Assembly (NCBI GenBank): GCA_012295275.1
Contig: CM022673.1
Coordinates: 4,216,001-4,280,000 of the forward strand
Direction: 5' to 3'
Source: Chrysomallon squamiferum
Taxonomy: Eukaryota; Animalia; Mollusca
Length of the DNA stretch: 64,000 bases
Shown: piece after piece, positions 1-12,977 of the stretch
Layout: the number at the start of each line of letters is the position of its first letter
Position numbering within the stretch: position 1 is the first letter of the stretch
The notes under the pieces: model-generated
Told to the model about the DNA's origin: nothing
The model's database searches: none
What the model saw: only the letters and a program-made list of their open reading frames with translations
Position numbers and translations under genes: made by a program

Positions 1-584
1 GACTGCACTTTAATTACGTTGGCGACGTTGACTGCAGCGATCACTACGCTAATTTCGGCGTGGAAGTAATGAATGAAATGTAAAATAGCGATTTCCCTTT
101 CAAGAATTTGTATCTTGTTCGCGTAAAAGTATTGTTCTTCGATAATTCATTTGTTGTAACAGGAAATTTGCTACATCCACTAATGTCAGTTTAAAATTAG
201 ATCGTGTAATTGCTGGTGTTTGGGGTTTTTTCCCCAGTTTAATCAAGTTTTCGAAAGTGAAGTAAATTTTCCTTGTAAGAGAATCAGAGTGATAGTTTTA
301 TGTCCATGATTGGTACATTGTTTGTTTTGTGCTTTTCAAACGAGCATCGTCCATGATCGAAATCAGAAATAAAAATACAGTATGAGAAAAGTTTTTAAAT
401 TTTTTGTTTAGGTTTTACTGATATTTTTAAGCCTTTCTTTTTCATCATAATCATCTTACTAAAAAAAATATTACTACTGATGTTACTACCACTAGAGTAA
501 AAAGCAATAATACTACAGGTAGTAGCAGTTGCAATAGTTTGCAGTTGGAGTAGACGTAATTAAAATAGTAGTGGTTGTAGAACC

Positions 585-663
585 AGTAGCAGTGGCGATG
601 GTACTATTAATAGTGGTGGTAGTAGTAATAATAGTAGTACTAGAGTAGTAGTGTTAGTAGTGT

Positions 664-716
<53 letters not shown>

Positions 717-784
717 AAAGTAGTAGTAGTACTAGTAGTAGCAGCAGGAGCAGCAGTAGTAGTATAATAGTAGTAGTTGTAGTA
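585..784. repeat. (GTA)n-rich low-complexity tract
   Basis: GTA/GTG/GCA triplet repeats. Explains the spurious poly-Thr ORF 560-811. Confidence 0.9.
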
Positions 785-1515
785 AACCAGAAATTCTTCG
801 GTCTTTGTCATGCTATTTAGCAGGGTTAAGACATTGAAATAATTATATTAACTCATATTCTGTTTTTGCCGGTGTGTTGTGTGTGCGTTAATACAGTATA
901 TGCGTGTATATGTGCATCTGTCTGTACGTTTCACCTTCCATGAGCAGAGTAAAACATTTTGAGTAAAACTCTACAACTTTCCTTGATAATTTTATACGAA
1001 AAGAAAAACTGCAGTTTTAAAATACGCTTGGCTGACAAATAAGAATGGTTATTTGTTTAAAATAATTTAGATATGGTGCCATTGTCACTTTCGGTTTTCT
1101 TTTTCCTATATCTTTGAGGCATTTCCCAGGAAAATTAAAATATGATTCTGAATTTGTTATCTGAATATTTGATAATCCATATAATAACGTTATTTATTTT
1201 ATGTTATTTATTTATAAATTTATTTGTTTGTTGTTGTTTTTGCTTTTTGTTTTTTAGTGGTTTTGGGTTTTTGGTTGTTCGTTCATTGTTTTTTTGGATG
1301 TTCTTTCATTGTTTTTTGGTGGTATTGTAATTTTATTTTTTTTCCTGTGTCCACGGATTTCTTCTTCATATAATTTTATATATGTATATAGTTTATGTCT
1401 ATATATGTATTTATGTATGTACGCGATTGTATGTTTGTACGTTTGTGTTACGTATGTTTGTATTTATATATATGTGTATTATGTATGAGCATATGTGGTA
1501 ATCAAATGTAGATTC

Positions 1516-1518
<3 letters not shown>

Positions 1519-1602
<84 letters not shown>
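1519..1602. repeat. (AG)n microsatellite
   Basis: Pure AG run. Similar runs at 22986-23098, 26152-26211, 26507-26562 and 12936-12972. Confidence 0.97.
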
Positions 1603-1605
<3 letters not shown>

Positions 1606-1752
1606 AAAATAAAGAAAACAATCCACGAAAATTCGATTTATAATTTGACCTAGTCCCTATAAATACCTGAATTTTTTGCAACGAAAAAACGAGAAATAAT
1701 AATGATAATAATAAGTTCCTTCAGCTAATAAAGTGATATGTCAGATACTAAA

Positions 1753-1787
<35 letters not shown>

Positions 1788-2211
1788 AACGCAGGAAAGA
1801 AATGTAATGGTGTTATATCATTTTTCTCTACACCTTCCGCATTAACGTAAATAGAAAATCAAACTGTAAATTATAATCACATTTATATCCTTGTCAGCTT
1901 TTACGTTCTAAGTAGAAGCGCCAAAAGGTTATAGGAATTGAAATGTCTTGTGTCTGTACGTGCGTGCATGCAGACTTGGATGTACATTCATAAAGGTATA
2001 TACGGGCGTGTATTTGTTTTCGTGTTTATATGTGTGTGTGCTTGTTCTAGGGTCTTGATGTAATAGTAAGAGCAAAGATAACCCCAATAACAGAAGCTTT
2101 ACTAGTGCTTTGGTTAATGGTTAACCGTGCAAAAAGTGGACATAATGAAAGAAATTTGTAGAAAAGTTTTATGGTAGTTGTCAATGCGTATTTGATGGAC
2201 GATTAAAATAT

Positions 2212-2346
<135 letters not shown>

Positions 2347-3615
2347 ATAATAAATTTTTAAAATTACCGAAAGTAAAATTAATATTTTATTTGTTTTATC
2401 TATGTTTGAGTAAAAAACTTTGAAAACTTATTTGGCCTAAAAGTAACAAATAGATTTAGAGAAAGTCTAGGATTCTTTCTGAATAATTAGATAAAAAAAT
2501 AAAACAAAACAAACTGAAATCCATTTTGGTATCATTATTTATTTCAATAATTTTATTTCGGTAATTAATAAAAAAAAAAATAATTAATAAAATAAATAAA
2601 TGTATTCTTTCTTTTTTTTCTACTGAATTAAATGAAATTAACAGAAAACACATTCAGTCTCTACATCAAATTTTCTATTTATATTGTTGTTTTGAAACAA
2701 AATTATTACATGTATTGATTTACCTGTCATATTAAATAACTTTTTATTTTTATTTAATTTTTTGATGCACTGAAATAATTTTTAAAATATTCCAGATTTT
2801 AGAAAATATTGGTTAATCTTTCCATTATATTATTTTATGTAATAAAAAATTTCAGAAAAACAGCCCAGTAATCTTCATTACATTCTTAATTTCTATTAAA
2901 ACGGTTTTGAAAAATTGTTTTTGCTCTAAAATGCATTATAAATAAATTATAAAAGATAGTATAATAGAATACCTCAAAATACTAACATTCAGACGACAGT
3001 TTATTAAACTCAAATGGTTGGTTTATCTCCCTTCCTTCGATTTGCAACAAAATTGTTTATGTTACAGTGTAGGATTTAGAACATAACAGAGTGAAGACCT
3101 ATACATTATCTCCCTTTACGCATCTAATATTTGTCACAATTAAAAATTCAAAATTAATCTTTCAGTCAAAGTTGTTTGTTGTTTCTAACTTTTAAATATT
3201 CTTATCTTTCAGATATATTAAAAAAATAAATAAAAAATAAAAATTGATTTATGCAATATTTAAGCTACTGATAGCCCATAAACTTGTCTAGTTTAGAAAC
3301 ATGTTTGTATATTTTATTCATTACTTTACCTACTCATAAAAAGAATTTTCCATTTTTTTTTTTGAATAACATAACATACATAATTATCTTTCTTTTTTAT
3401 TTCAGAAGCATTTTTCATTAGGATTATTGCTGGGGTTTCATTTTGTTGTTATTGTTTTGCTTTTACATCATTATTTCTACTAATGCATAATTTTTTTCTT
3501 AGATATAAATATATATATTTTTTATACTTAGTTCCACATTTAGTTTGCATTGTTGCAGATCTTTAAGGAATTTTTCTTTGTCTTCTAATTATTGGCACAT
3601 GCTTGTACTTTTACC

Positions 3616-3790
3616 AAAAAATTTAAAATGGGTTTCAGTAGGAAGTATCTTTATTACAATGAGTAATGATCTAAAAAAATAAAATGGGTTTCAGTAGGAA
3701 GTATCTTTATTACAATGAGTAATGATCTAAAAAATTAAATGGGTTTCAGTAGGAAGTATCTTTATTACAATGAGTAATGATCTAAAAAAA
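3616..3790. repeat. Three-copy 55-56 bp tandem repeat downstream of TSSC4
   Basis: ATGGGTTTCAGTAGGAAGTATCTTTATTACAATGAGTAATGATCTAAAAA at 3628, 3684 and 3739 with identical cores. Confidence 0.95.
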
Positions 3791-4019
3791 TAAAAAACAA
3801 CAACAAAAGAACCACAGTTAATTTTTTTTAATTTTTTTTTTGTTTCAATATTTACTGAAAAAAACTAATTTCAATACAATAATGTACTGATAAAAATAAA
3901 CATTAAAAACATCAATGGAATTGAAAATATTTTAAAAACAGTTTTCGTTTTTCTTTTCACATTTTACATTAAGTCTAAAAATAATTAAGGTTTTCTAAGA
4001 ACATCCTTCACAAGAACAT

Positions 4020-4790
4020 CTACTCCACATGATCGTCATCTTCAGTGACATTTCGTGACCTAATACTTCTTTTATTACTCTTCCTGCTCTTAAAACTAAC
4101 AGATTTTTCTTCATCCGCAGTCACAGAATTCACAGGCAGTCCAGAATCTACAGCATCAGTGTCCTCAGCTTCTTCAAATGAGTGTCGTACCTTAGCAACA
4201 GCTTCATCCACCTGTGACTTCTCGCCCACCGATGAATCCACTTTCTCTTTGCTCTTTTTAACAAATGTTACCACTCCTTTTGAACAAGCACTCTCCTCTA
4301 TGTTAGCAGGTGTGACCAGTTCAGGGTCAGACTCTGCCTCCCTCGTTCGTCTTCGATCCTCTATGAAATCAAGAGCTGCTCTAGTGTTAGATTTTTCAGA
4401 CATATCGTCCAAGGAGACATCCTTAAGGGAATATTCTTTCCATTTTTCCGGGTGAATTTCGTGATCTGGTCGTCTGTGTCGAGCTTTAAGAGCTCCAAGT
4501 TTGGGTCTTTTGAACTGAGGATGTGTCTCGCTTTCATCCTTAGAGAATTCTGCACCACGTTTTTGCGACTTTGTTCGAGTGTCTATTATTTTGTAATCGT
4601 CAACAAGAGGATCGTTTTTCCACAAATGAGCATCATCTGACAAGTTTCTGGTTTTTTCGTGGGCAATGTGTTTATCTTCTAACACTGCAAGACAGCCAAA
4701 TATGTCTTTTGTCTTGGCCTGGAATTCTGCACTGGATGTTGAAAGATTGAATACTTCATCTTTGTTTTCACCTTTTTCTTCTGATGCCAT
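4020..4790 (-). CDS. TSSC4: U5 snRNP-associated protein TSSC4-like, 256 aa, single coding exon
   Basis: ORF contains RRPDHEIHPEKWKEYSLKDVS..MSEKSNTRAALDF, matching the TSSC4 family core (PDY..HPE+W.KYSLEDV..SE.SN..AL.FL), and an N-terminal F...+.DIFGCL box. A polypyrimidine/AG acceptor just 5' of the ATG (exon starts ~4803) implies non-coding upstream exon(s). Confidence 0.88.
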   Translation of the reverse strand: MASEEKGENKDEVFNLSTSSAEFQAKTKDIFGCLAVLEDKHIAHEKTRNLSDDAHLWKNDPLVDDYKIIDTRTKSQKRGAEFSKDESETHPQFKRPKLGALKARHRRPDHEIHPEKWKEYSLKDVSLDDMSEKSNTRAALDFIEDRRRTREAESDPELVTPANIEESACSKGVVTFVKKSKEKVDSSVGEKSQVDEAVAKVRHSFEEAEDTDAVDSGLPVNSVTADEEKSVSFKSRKSNKRSIRSRNVTEDDDHVE

Positions 4791-6469
4791 TTTAACAAAA
4801 TAACTGAAAAAAAAAAATATATATATTAGAAATATTAGTTTAGGTTTAAATATTGTTTCATTATTTGAGAAAATATAATTATTTTAATCTTTAAATTTTT
4901 TTCCTTTTTTCAAAAATGGAATACGTGGTTTACTTTGTTTCATTTTACAGACAATTTGTAAAAATGCATTTTAAAATCTCAGTGATTATCAATCTAATAG
5001 TAATATATTCCTCATTATTAAAAGAAAAAAATATGTTGCCATTATTGTGAAGAGCATACTTTGAAGATGAAATAGGTTTAATTATGATAAAAATAAATTA
5101 AAAAGAAAGGGAGAACAAATGTATTTTTTATGTCTTGTTGTTGGTATTCAGTTCTAACACCTCATCACATCTTTATTTTATTAGCAAGGGGCCACAGACA
5201 ACAAAGCACATATAAATTACTATAAACTTTATAGTATAAAGAATACTATGCTTTTAGAGAAATGAAAATTACTTTCATCTTAGTATTTCCTCCCTGAGGC
5301 TAATATAACTTACCTAACTCACAAAAGTGTTTTCCTTCTATAAATATCAAATTTTATGTGTTTAAAAATGACGGCCGAATTTAATCATCCCATATTTAAC
5401 AGTGCAAAATGCCAGTTCTGAAAATAAAAATATATTTTATCAGTGTTTCATGTATTTATTTACAAAATACGTGAAGTCAATAATATTCACAATTTCAAAT
5501 TAAAGTTACCTTTACCATTATCATTACTGCATATAAATCATAAATAACGGATTTAACATATCATTCAATGTGTTTTCTGCTTATTATTTTATTTGAAATA
5601 AATTAATGTTAAAGTAAATATTCTTGGTCAATTTATTGTAAAATTTACAGACTACATAATAGTCAGGAATGACATATTACACATATACCATTCAAAACGA
5701 TTATCTGCCATCACTTATGATTTAATTTTAAAGGAGTGACTTAGTGAGCAAACTGCATAATCAGATAATCATAATGGTACGATATTCATTATTCAGATTG
5801 ATACCTCAGTGATTAAGACCTTGGCTGACAATACAGTATTTCAGTATAAAGCAATTTTTGGATTATGTGTATATTTCTATCATTCTGCATAAGTCAAGGA
5901 AGTACCGACATCGTCTGGGACAAAGCCGAAGTCCTAGACTGTCCGAGTGACTGGCGAACTGCAAAGCCAAAGCTGTGCAGTATGCGACTATCTTACTTCT
6001 TAGTATCTATGACTCGTATCAATATGGTTCTAATCATGTAAACTACCCTTAGTTGTGAACATTTCGATATTTTATCATGGGCTTTATATTTAATTTTTCT
6101 ACTATAGTTGGCCCATCTTTTCATAATTATAATTAACATTATCCCTTTCTGACAAATCTATCATTTACATTTTCTTGGCTTGAGCTTCTAGCTTCCATTT
6201 CACGGCGTAAATGAATTGAAATGTCGTAAAGTGCAAAATGCTTCATTTAAAAAACACGATCTAAAAACCTATATAGTTGTATTGAAAAGAATATGTAACA
6301 ATTTCACATGATAACGGTAGAAATATCTTTCTTAAAAAAAACGAAACAAATGTCTTAAATGAAATTGCGACTATTGAAAATCGAACTTGGTCAAATCGGT
6401 CAACAAAGCGGCATTTATAACAAAGTGATTAATAATTTCTCTGTTTTTTGAAAAGTCGTCTAGATCAAA
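4791..6469. promoter_or_regulatory. Divergent (head-to-head) promoter and 5'UTR region of TSSC4 and ACTL6A
   Basis: Start codons point outward 1.7 kb apart. CpG-containing island at ~5900-6460. Minus-strand GTAAG donor at ~5996 suggests TSSC4 exon 1 lies within a few hundred bp of the ACTL6A start. Confidence 0.6.
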
Positions 6470-9199
6470 ATGAGTGGTGGTGTTTATGGAGGAGGTAAAT
6501 AATATCAGAATTGTTTTTTTTATATACTCACTACGTTATTAAATAATTAAAAACAGTTTTTTGGAAATTTAACTTTTTAGCATCCATCTGACATGACAAT
6601 CTGTAGCAGTGAGAGTGCAGTGTACGAAGCTGCGTTTGACAGTAGCAGAATGAATGATCATATAATATTGGACATTCGTCCTATTTACATGTATAAAATT
6701 ATCACTTAAATTCAACTTTTTACATATTATTTGATTTACAATACTAAAATTCGTAATCTTGCAGTTTAGGATTTGAAAATGATCCCTGCGATCGGATTTC
6801 TTATGCTAATAAGTAATAAAGTAATAATAGTAATATGGTAATACAAATATTAATCTTATTTAAATAAATACATAAAGGTTGTATAAAATTGTGTATATTT
6901 AGCTTGGCTCAACAAGTCTTTCTTATCATCTACATAACTGTATTCATTGCATGTATTTATTTTTATATTTACAGATGAAGTTGGTGCTTTGGTATTTGAT
7001 GTTGGATCTTACTCCTTCCGAGCAGGTTTTGCTGGAGAGGACACTCCAAAAGTATGTTATAATCTACTAGCAAATATGTACCATATAATGATATGTATTC
7101 AAAATGTGTGTAATTTACCTTAATCCCCTAACTTATTTCTCTTTCATTTTTATTTTTTTATTTCACTGCCAAAGTGATTACACTAATTTAATCATTTACA
7201 TACAAACATGCTCTTTAACATATATATATGCACGTCTATATATGTATTTTGACATCATTAATATTGTTAATTACACATATATTATGATGATTATTTATAT
7301 TTACATTATTCTTCAGACTAGTCTACAAATATTTTTTTATTATTGCTTTTATTTTATTTTTGTTTATTATTGTAATTAAAATGTATTTATTTTTGCATTT
7401 AGGCTGAAATTCCCACGCATGTGGGTGTGCTGGATGAGATAGAGGCATCTATGGATGTTGAAAATGCCAGTGAAGTACCCAGACACGACAAACGATATTT
7501 CATAGACACAGTCAACCTCAAAGTTCCAAGAAAAGGAACAGAAATAGTCAGTTTCCTCAAGGATGGCATGAGTAAGTATTTGTTATTATTATTATTATTA
7601 TTATTATCATTATTATTATTAATGTTGTTGTTGTTGTTTTCATTATTCTTATCGCTGTTATTTATTTATTTATATTTGGGGAATTCCTGAACCATCTGGG
7701 TGTCCCAGTAATTTCTGAAATCTACCCAATTATGTTGAATATACCAGGTCTCATTGAAATACATTATACTCTGCATTTGTGTCTGTTTCAGGTTCATTTT
7801 CAGATTATTGTAAAACAGTGTTATCTGTTTACATTTTTAATCTTTAATTTTTTTTTTTTTTTTCTTTACAGTTGAAAACTGGGACATTTTTGAGAAAGTA
7901 ATGGATTATGCAATTACTAAACACATCAAGACAGAAGCACAGTTCCATCCGGTTATGATGTCTGAACCATCAGTTAGTACAAAAATTTCATAAAGTATTA
8001 TTTATCTTTTTATTTTTTGTGAGAAAAGAGAAAATTTATTAATAATCTGTTATTTCAACTTATTTTTTCTTAAATTTTTACTTGCATATCTTTTATGTAA
8101 TGTTTAGCAGCAATTCCAGTTTTTGTGTCTGTCTGATGTATTGTTTTCTTTACATGTATCCATGATATAAGTGATACCTTATTAAGAAATGTTTGTTTGT
8201 ATACAATATCAATTGTTTTTCTTATTTATTTATTTATTTATATTTTTAATATTTATAATTTATTGTTATTATTTTATTTTTATTATTTGACTAATTATTA
8301 ATTTTATTTTTATTATTATTATTTTTATTTCCAGTGGAACAGTAAAAGCAAAAGAGAAAAACTGACAGAAATAATGTTTGAAAAATACAACATTCCTGCA
8401 TTTTTCTTGTGTAAAAATTCTGTTCTCTCAGCGTATCCTTTTTCTTCTTTCATGGGATAAACTTCATCTTATTTATTTATTTAATTATTATCAAGGGCAA
8501 AGTACATAATAAATAATATAATTTTATTAATTATTCTTTAAGAAATATAACTGAAATGTATTTTTAGAGTTCTTTAAGGGTTAATGATAGTTAAAATCTT
8601 TTGCAAATTATTTACGCCAATTTTACAGTGGTTGTCATCTTTTAAAAATATTTTAAAGACCATATATCCATTTTACATCCAAAACCAGGATATATCACAG
8701 CTTTTGGAACCATTTAATGATTTTGGGTGGGGGTATGACTGCATTATTATTACTACTAATCATTTGTCAAACATAACAACCATAGACATAAAGATACATT
8801 CAGAATGAATATTAATCACATATTTTATGTTGTTTATCAATCATTTCTGTAAAATCTTAAAAGACCTTTTAAATTAAAAAAATATGAAGAAAAAGAATGA
8901 TACAGGATTCTTCTATGTGAAATAGTTTGCTTAACAAATATAAAGATTTGCCAATGGTCGATCCACAGCGCTCATTTTGGACAGTGGAGCCACCCACACT
9001 TCGGCTGTACCAGTGTATGATGGCTACGTCATTGGACATGGTATGTACAGATTATTAATGTTTTCAATTATAAAAGGACTGGAGAAAAGTCATTATGTTA
9101 ACCATTATGACTCCATGATGTTTTTCAAAACTGATTAATAGTGATATTTGGATATATATATATATATATAATCTATTGATTAAACTATCTATCTATCTA

Positions 9200-9279
<80 letters not shown>

Positions 9280-12200
9280 AACACATTGGACATGGTATGG
9301 ACAGATCATTAATATTTTCATTATAAAAAAAAACTGGAGAAATACCCTAATTGTGATAACCATTCTGATATCCAGACCTTGTTCAATTCATTAATAGTGA
9401 TAAACTGGATATACAGTGGTACCTCCAACTTACGAATGCTCCAACTTATGAGTTTTCTGAGTTATGAGCAGTTGCCCGGTCAATTTTTTTGCTTTGTGTT
9501 ACGGGCCAAAATCCAAGTTATGAGCAAGCTTCAGATACACCACCAATAGTTGGCGCAATGAACAACATAACATCCGCCCAGCATCCTGCATTTCACTCGT
9601 TTACTTCAGATGGTTACCTCCCCGTGGAAAATTTTTCTGTTGTGTCGTGCTTGAGTTTTCTGGAGTATTTTGCCAAATTTTCATGGATCCTAAGAAGGTG
9701 AGTGCAAATGACAGTGCTTAGAAGAAGAACCAGATGGTATCCATTGAATTCAAGTATGAAATCATAGAAAAACATGAGCAAGGTGTGCGTGTTGTCAACA
9801 TGGCTAGGCAGTATGAGTGTAACACTTTCATGACATGTACCATACTGAAGCAGAAGGAGTTGATAAAGGCTATAACTCCAGCCAAAGGCATAAAAATAAT
9901 TTCTAATGGACCTCTGACCATGAAAAGATTGAGAAACCCTAACCCTGTAGGCTGTACACTTTACAAAACCAATTTATTTCTTTACATTCTCTTTTATTTT
10001 TTTTTTTTATACAATATTTGTCATTTATAAATACATTTTTCTCATTTAAAAACACGTTACAAAAAATGGGGTGGTTTTTGAAGGGCTGGAATGGATTTAT
10101 GGTATTTCAGTTAATTTCATTAGGGAAAATTGGTTTGATATATGAGCAAATTTATTTACGAGCTCAGTCATGGAATGAATTAAACTTGTAAGTATATAGA
10201 TGAATAGATTGTATATATATAGTCCATTTATCTGTCTATCTATATATATATACATATATATAGACAAGTGTGTGTATATATCTGTGTGTGTGTGTGTGTG
10301 TGAGTCAAAGAGAAATAGAGTTTGGATTATATCTAGAATTTAGAAAGAGAGCGTATAAGCAAATGAATCAGAGAGAGATACAAAACACTGTTTTTTCTTC
10401 AGGTATAGTGAAGTCACCTCTAGCTGGTGATTTTGTCTCCATGGAATGTAGAAAACTGATGGAAGAGATGGATATAGAAGTTGTTCCTCCATACCTCATC
10501 AAAGAAAAGGTTTATGTATATCTTTATATGAAATAGTCTAAGCTTCTAATATTAAATGCAACCATTTCAATTATATTTTAAAATTCTCTTCTTTCCTATG
10601 ACATTTATTAATCATTGTAAACTTTATAGAAAATGTACAGTTTCTTGATTTTTTTTTAAATATCTTAAGACTTAACACTGAATTTATATAAAGATGATAA
10701 AAAAAATTCTGTTTATAGTTACGTACTAGGTATATTAAACTATAAAAATTCTTTATAGTAAATACATTTTATACAGACTAAGTTTTCAAATGTTTAATTC
10801 CTTCATTCATTCTATTTCTATTCTATTTTAATCACATTTTTAATAAACAGGAAGCAGTAAATGAAACTTCACCACCAAAATATAAAAAGAAGGAAGTGCC
10901 AGAAGTCACCAAGTCTTTTCACAATTATATGGTTAAAGTAAGTACAGTACAACTGTTTCTAACAATATTATTTATTTACTTAACTACAAAGAGTTTCTAT
11001 CTTTTGTGCATTACTTCTTTCATCAGATTGTAAGTACCATATTTTACAAGCATTATATCCAAAAAAGTTTAATATAATCTAGTATCTCCATCCCAAACTT
11101 ATAAAATGTATTTTAATATTTTAATTGTCTTTGGTGTTGCATAATTTGCTTTCCAAATTTTGACATAGTTTAATTTAAAATAGTAATAATAATAATGTAA
11201 AATTAAATTTAAAAAAATAATAAATAAATAAAAACAAATCTTTAGGACAAATGGTATGTAAATTTTATTTTATATTGTTTTGTTTTTTTTGTTGTTTTTT
11301 TCAAAACTATTATACTAATATATAGTATTTGGTGATTACAATTTATACAACTGTTTTAATCTGTTTTCAGGATGTTCTTCAAGATTTAGCTGCCTCTGTA
11401 TTACAAGTTTCTGATACTCCATATGATCAACCGTAAATATATTAATAATATTTAATACCTAATCTAAAATAAACATATAAGCTATCTGGAGACATAAGTT
11501 CTTTTATTTATTTAAATAAAGAAATAATTTACATATTGCACGTTTCCTAGTTATATTTTCATTTGTTCCTAGCTGTCCAGTCATAATTAATAACAAAGTA
11601 AACAACAACAGAAACATATTAAAAGATCTGAGTGCAGCCATTTTTTTGTAGTCAGTACATCACACTCAGGGTTGATCACTTTGCTTTAAAGTTTTTTCTA
11701 GCATCAGAAGTCCCACCCAAAAAAACAACCCAGCTATTGGTCAGCCAGTATATAACTGTTCAAGCTGGTGGTACTCAAAATGTTAGTAACAGTGATATTG
11801 TACTATTAATTTTTTATACGAGCTATAATAGGTCGTTCAAAGCAATTAAATAAACTTGGAAGCATAAACAAAATTTATTAGACAATTTATTCATACAGAC
11901 ACTGGTATATTTCAAAACAGTAAACTTTCTAGTGGATTTAAATTGATCAACGTTGTTGTTTACCGCTCATCGTTGGTGACAACATTACTACAGTGCAATA
12001 CTGAAATTGATGTTCGTATGATTATTATTGTTGCTGTGTATTCCACAGTACGGCTGACAGTGTTCCAACAGTACATTATGAATTTCCAAATGGCTACAAT
12101 CTTGATTTTGGAGCAGAAAGATTTAAAGTTGTTGAGGGATTGTTTGACCCCTCAATAATAAAGGTAATGTCTGCATATTAGATTATGTTTATTTGTTGTT

Positions 12201-12932
12201 TTAGTTTATTAGTTATTTCATTTTTCATTTATTTATGTAACTATATTTATATGTTATTGTATTTTATTTAATTAATGAATTTTGAAAAAACCCTGTTATT
12301 ATAGTTTGTATTCCATGCATATTTTGAAATATAATATGAAAAAAACCCAAAATACTTTAATGTTAAAAACAGTAGATGTATCAGTTTTAAATTTTCAGTT
12401 AAACTGTACTGTTAATCAGTTTTTCAAAGTGTTATTTCTATTTACCTTTTAAGACTTTTGGACCTGATGTGTTTTAACAATGATTTTACAAACACATAAA
12501 ATGGCATTTGTAAATAACTGGTTTGCTGCTGAGAGTGACTGCCATGACTTCCACGAATGCTGTGGAGAGCCACTCTTGGCATGGAATCAGAATAATAGTT
12601 GCAAGTTTTGTTTTTGATAATTAAGAGTAGTTCTGTTCTCTTCATATAAATTTGGGTTTTGTTACATTACAGGATGTTCCTGGCAACACAATGCTTGGTG
12701 TTGGTCATGTGGTTACTACAAGTGTGGGAATGTGCGACATTGATATCAGACCTGTAAGTGTTTCTGTTACTGTTAACTTTTATTGTATAGCATTTGTTTG
12801 GATTGAGAATATTTGGTTGCTGTAATAGTGACATCTAGAATTGATTTACCTTTTCTCCAAACTTTGCAGTTGCTTTGAGATTTAAGTCAAACTGATATTT
12901 TTATTGCATCTATTTATTCAATTATCTTCTCT

Positions 12933-12977
<45 letters not shown>

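Noticed and set aside
1-69. Possible C-terminal end of an upstream plus-strand CDS (DCTLITLATLTAAITTLISAWK*, hydrophobic tail)
   Set aside because: Only 22 codons at the window edge and no recognisable homology; cannot be supported.
4045-4640. Plus-strand and alternate-frame ORFs overlapping TSSC4
   Set aside because: Shadow ORFs of the real minus-strand CDS.
5806-5884. C/D snoRNA on minus (ATGATAG...CTGA...CTGA) or Sm-site RNA on plus (AATTTTTGG)
   Set aside because: Imperfect C box, no terminal stem, only ~9 nt of possible rRNA complementarity, and no U4atac/U11 5' sequence. More likely a TSSC4 5'UTR exon.
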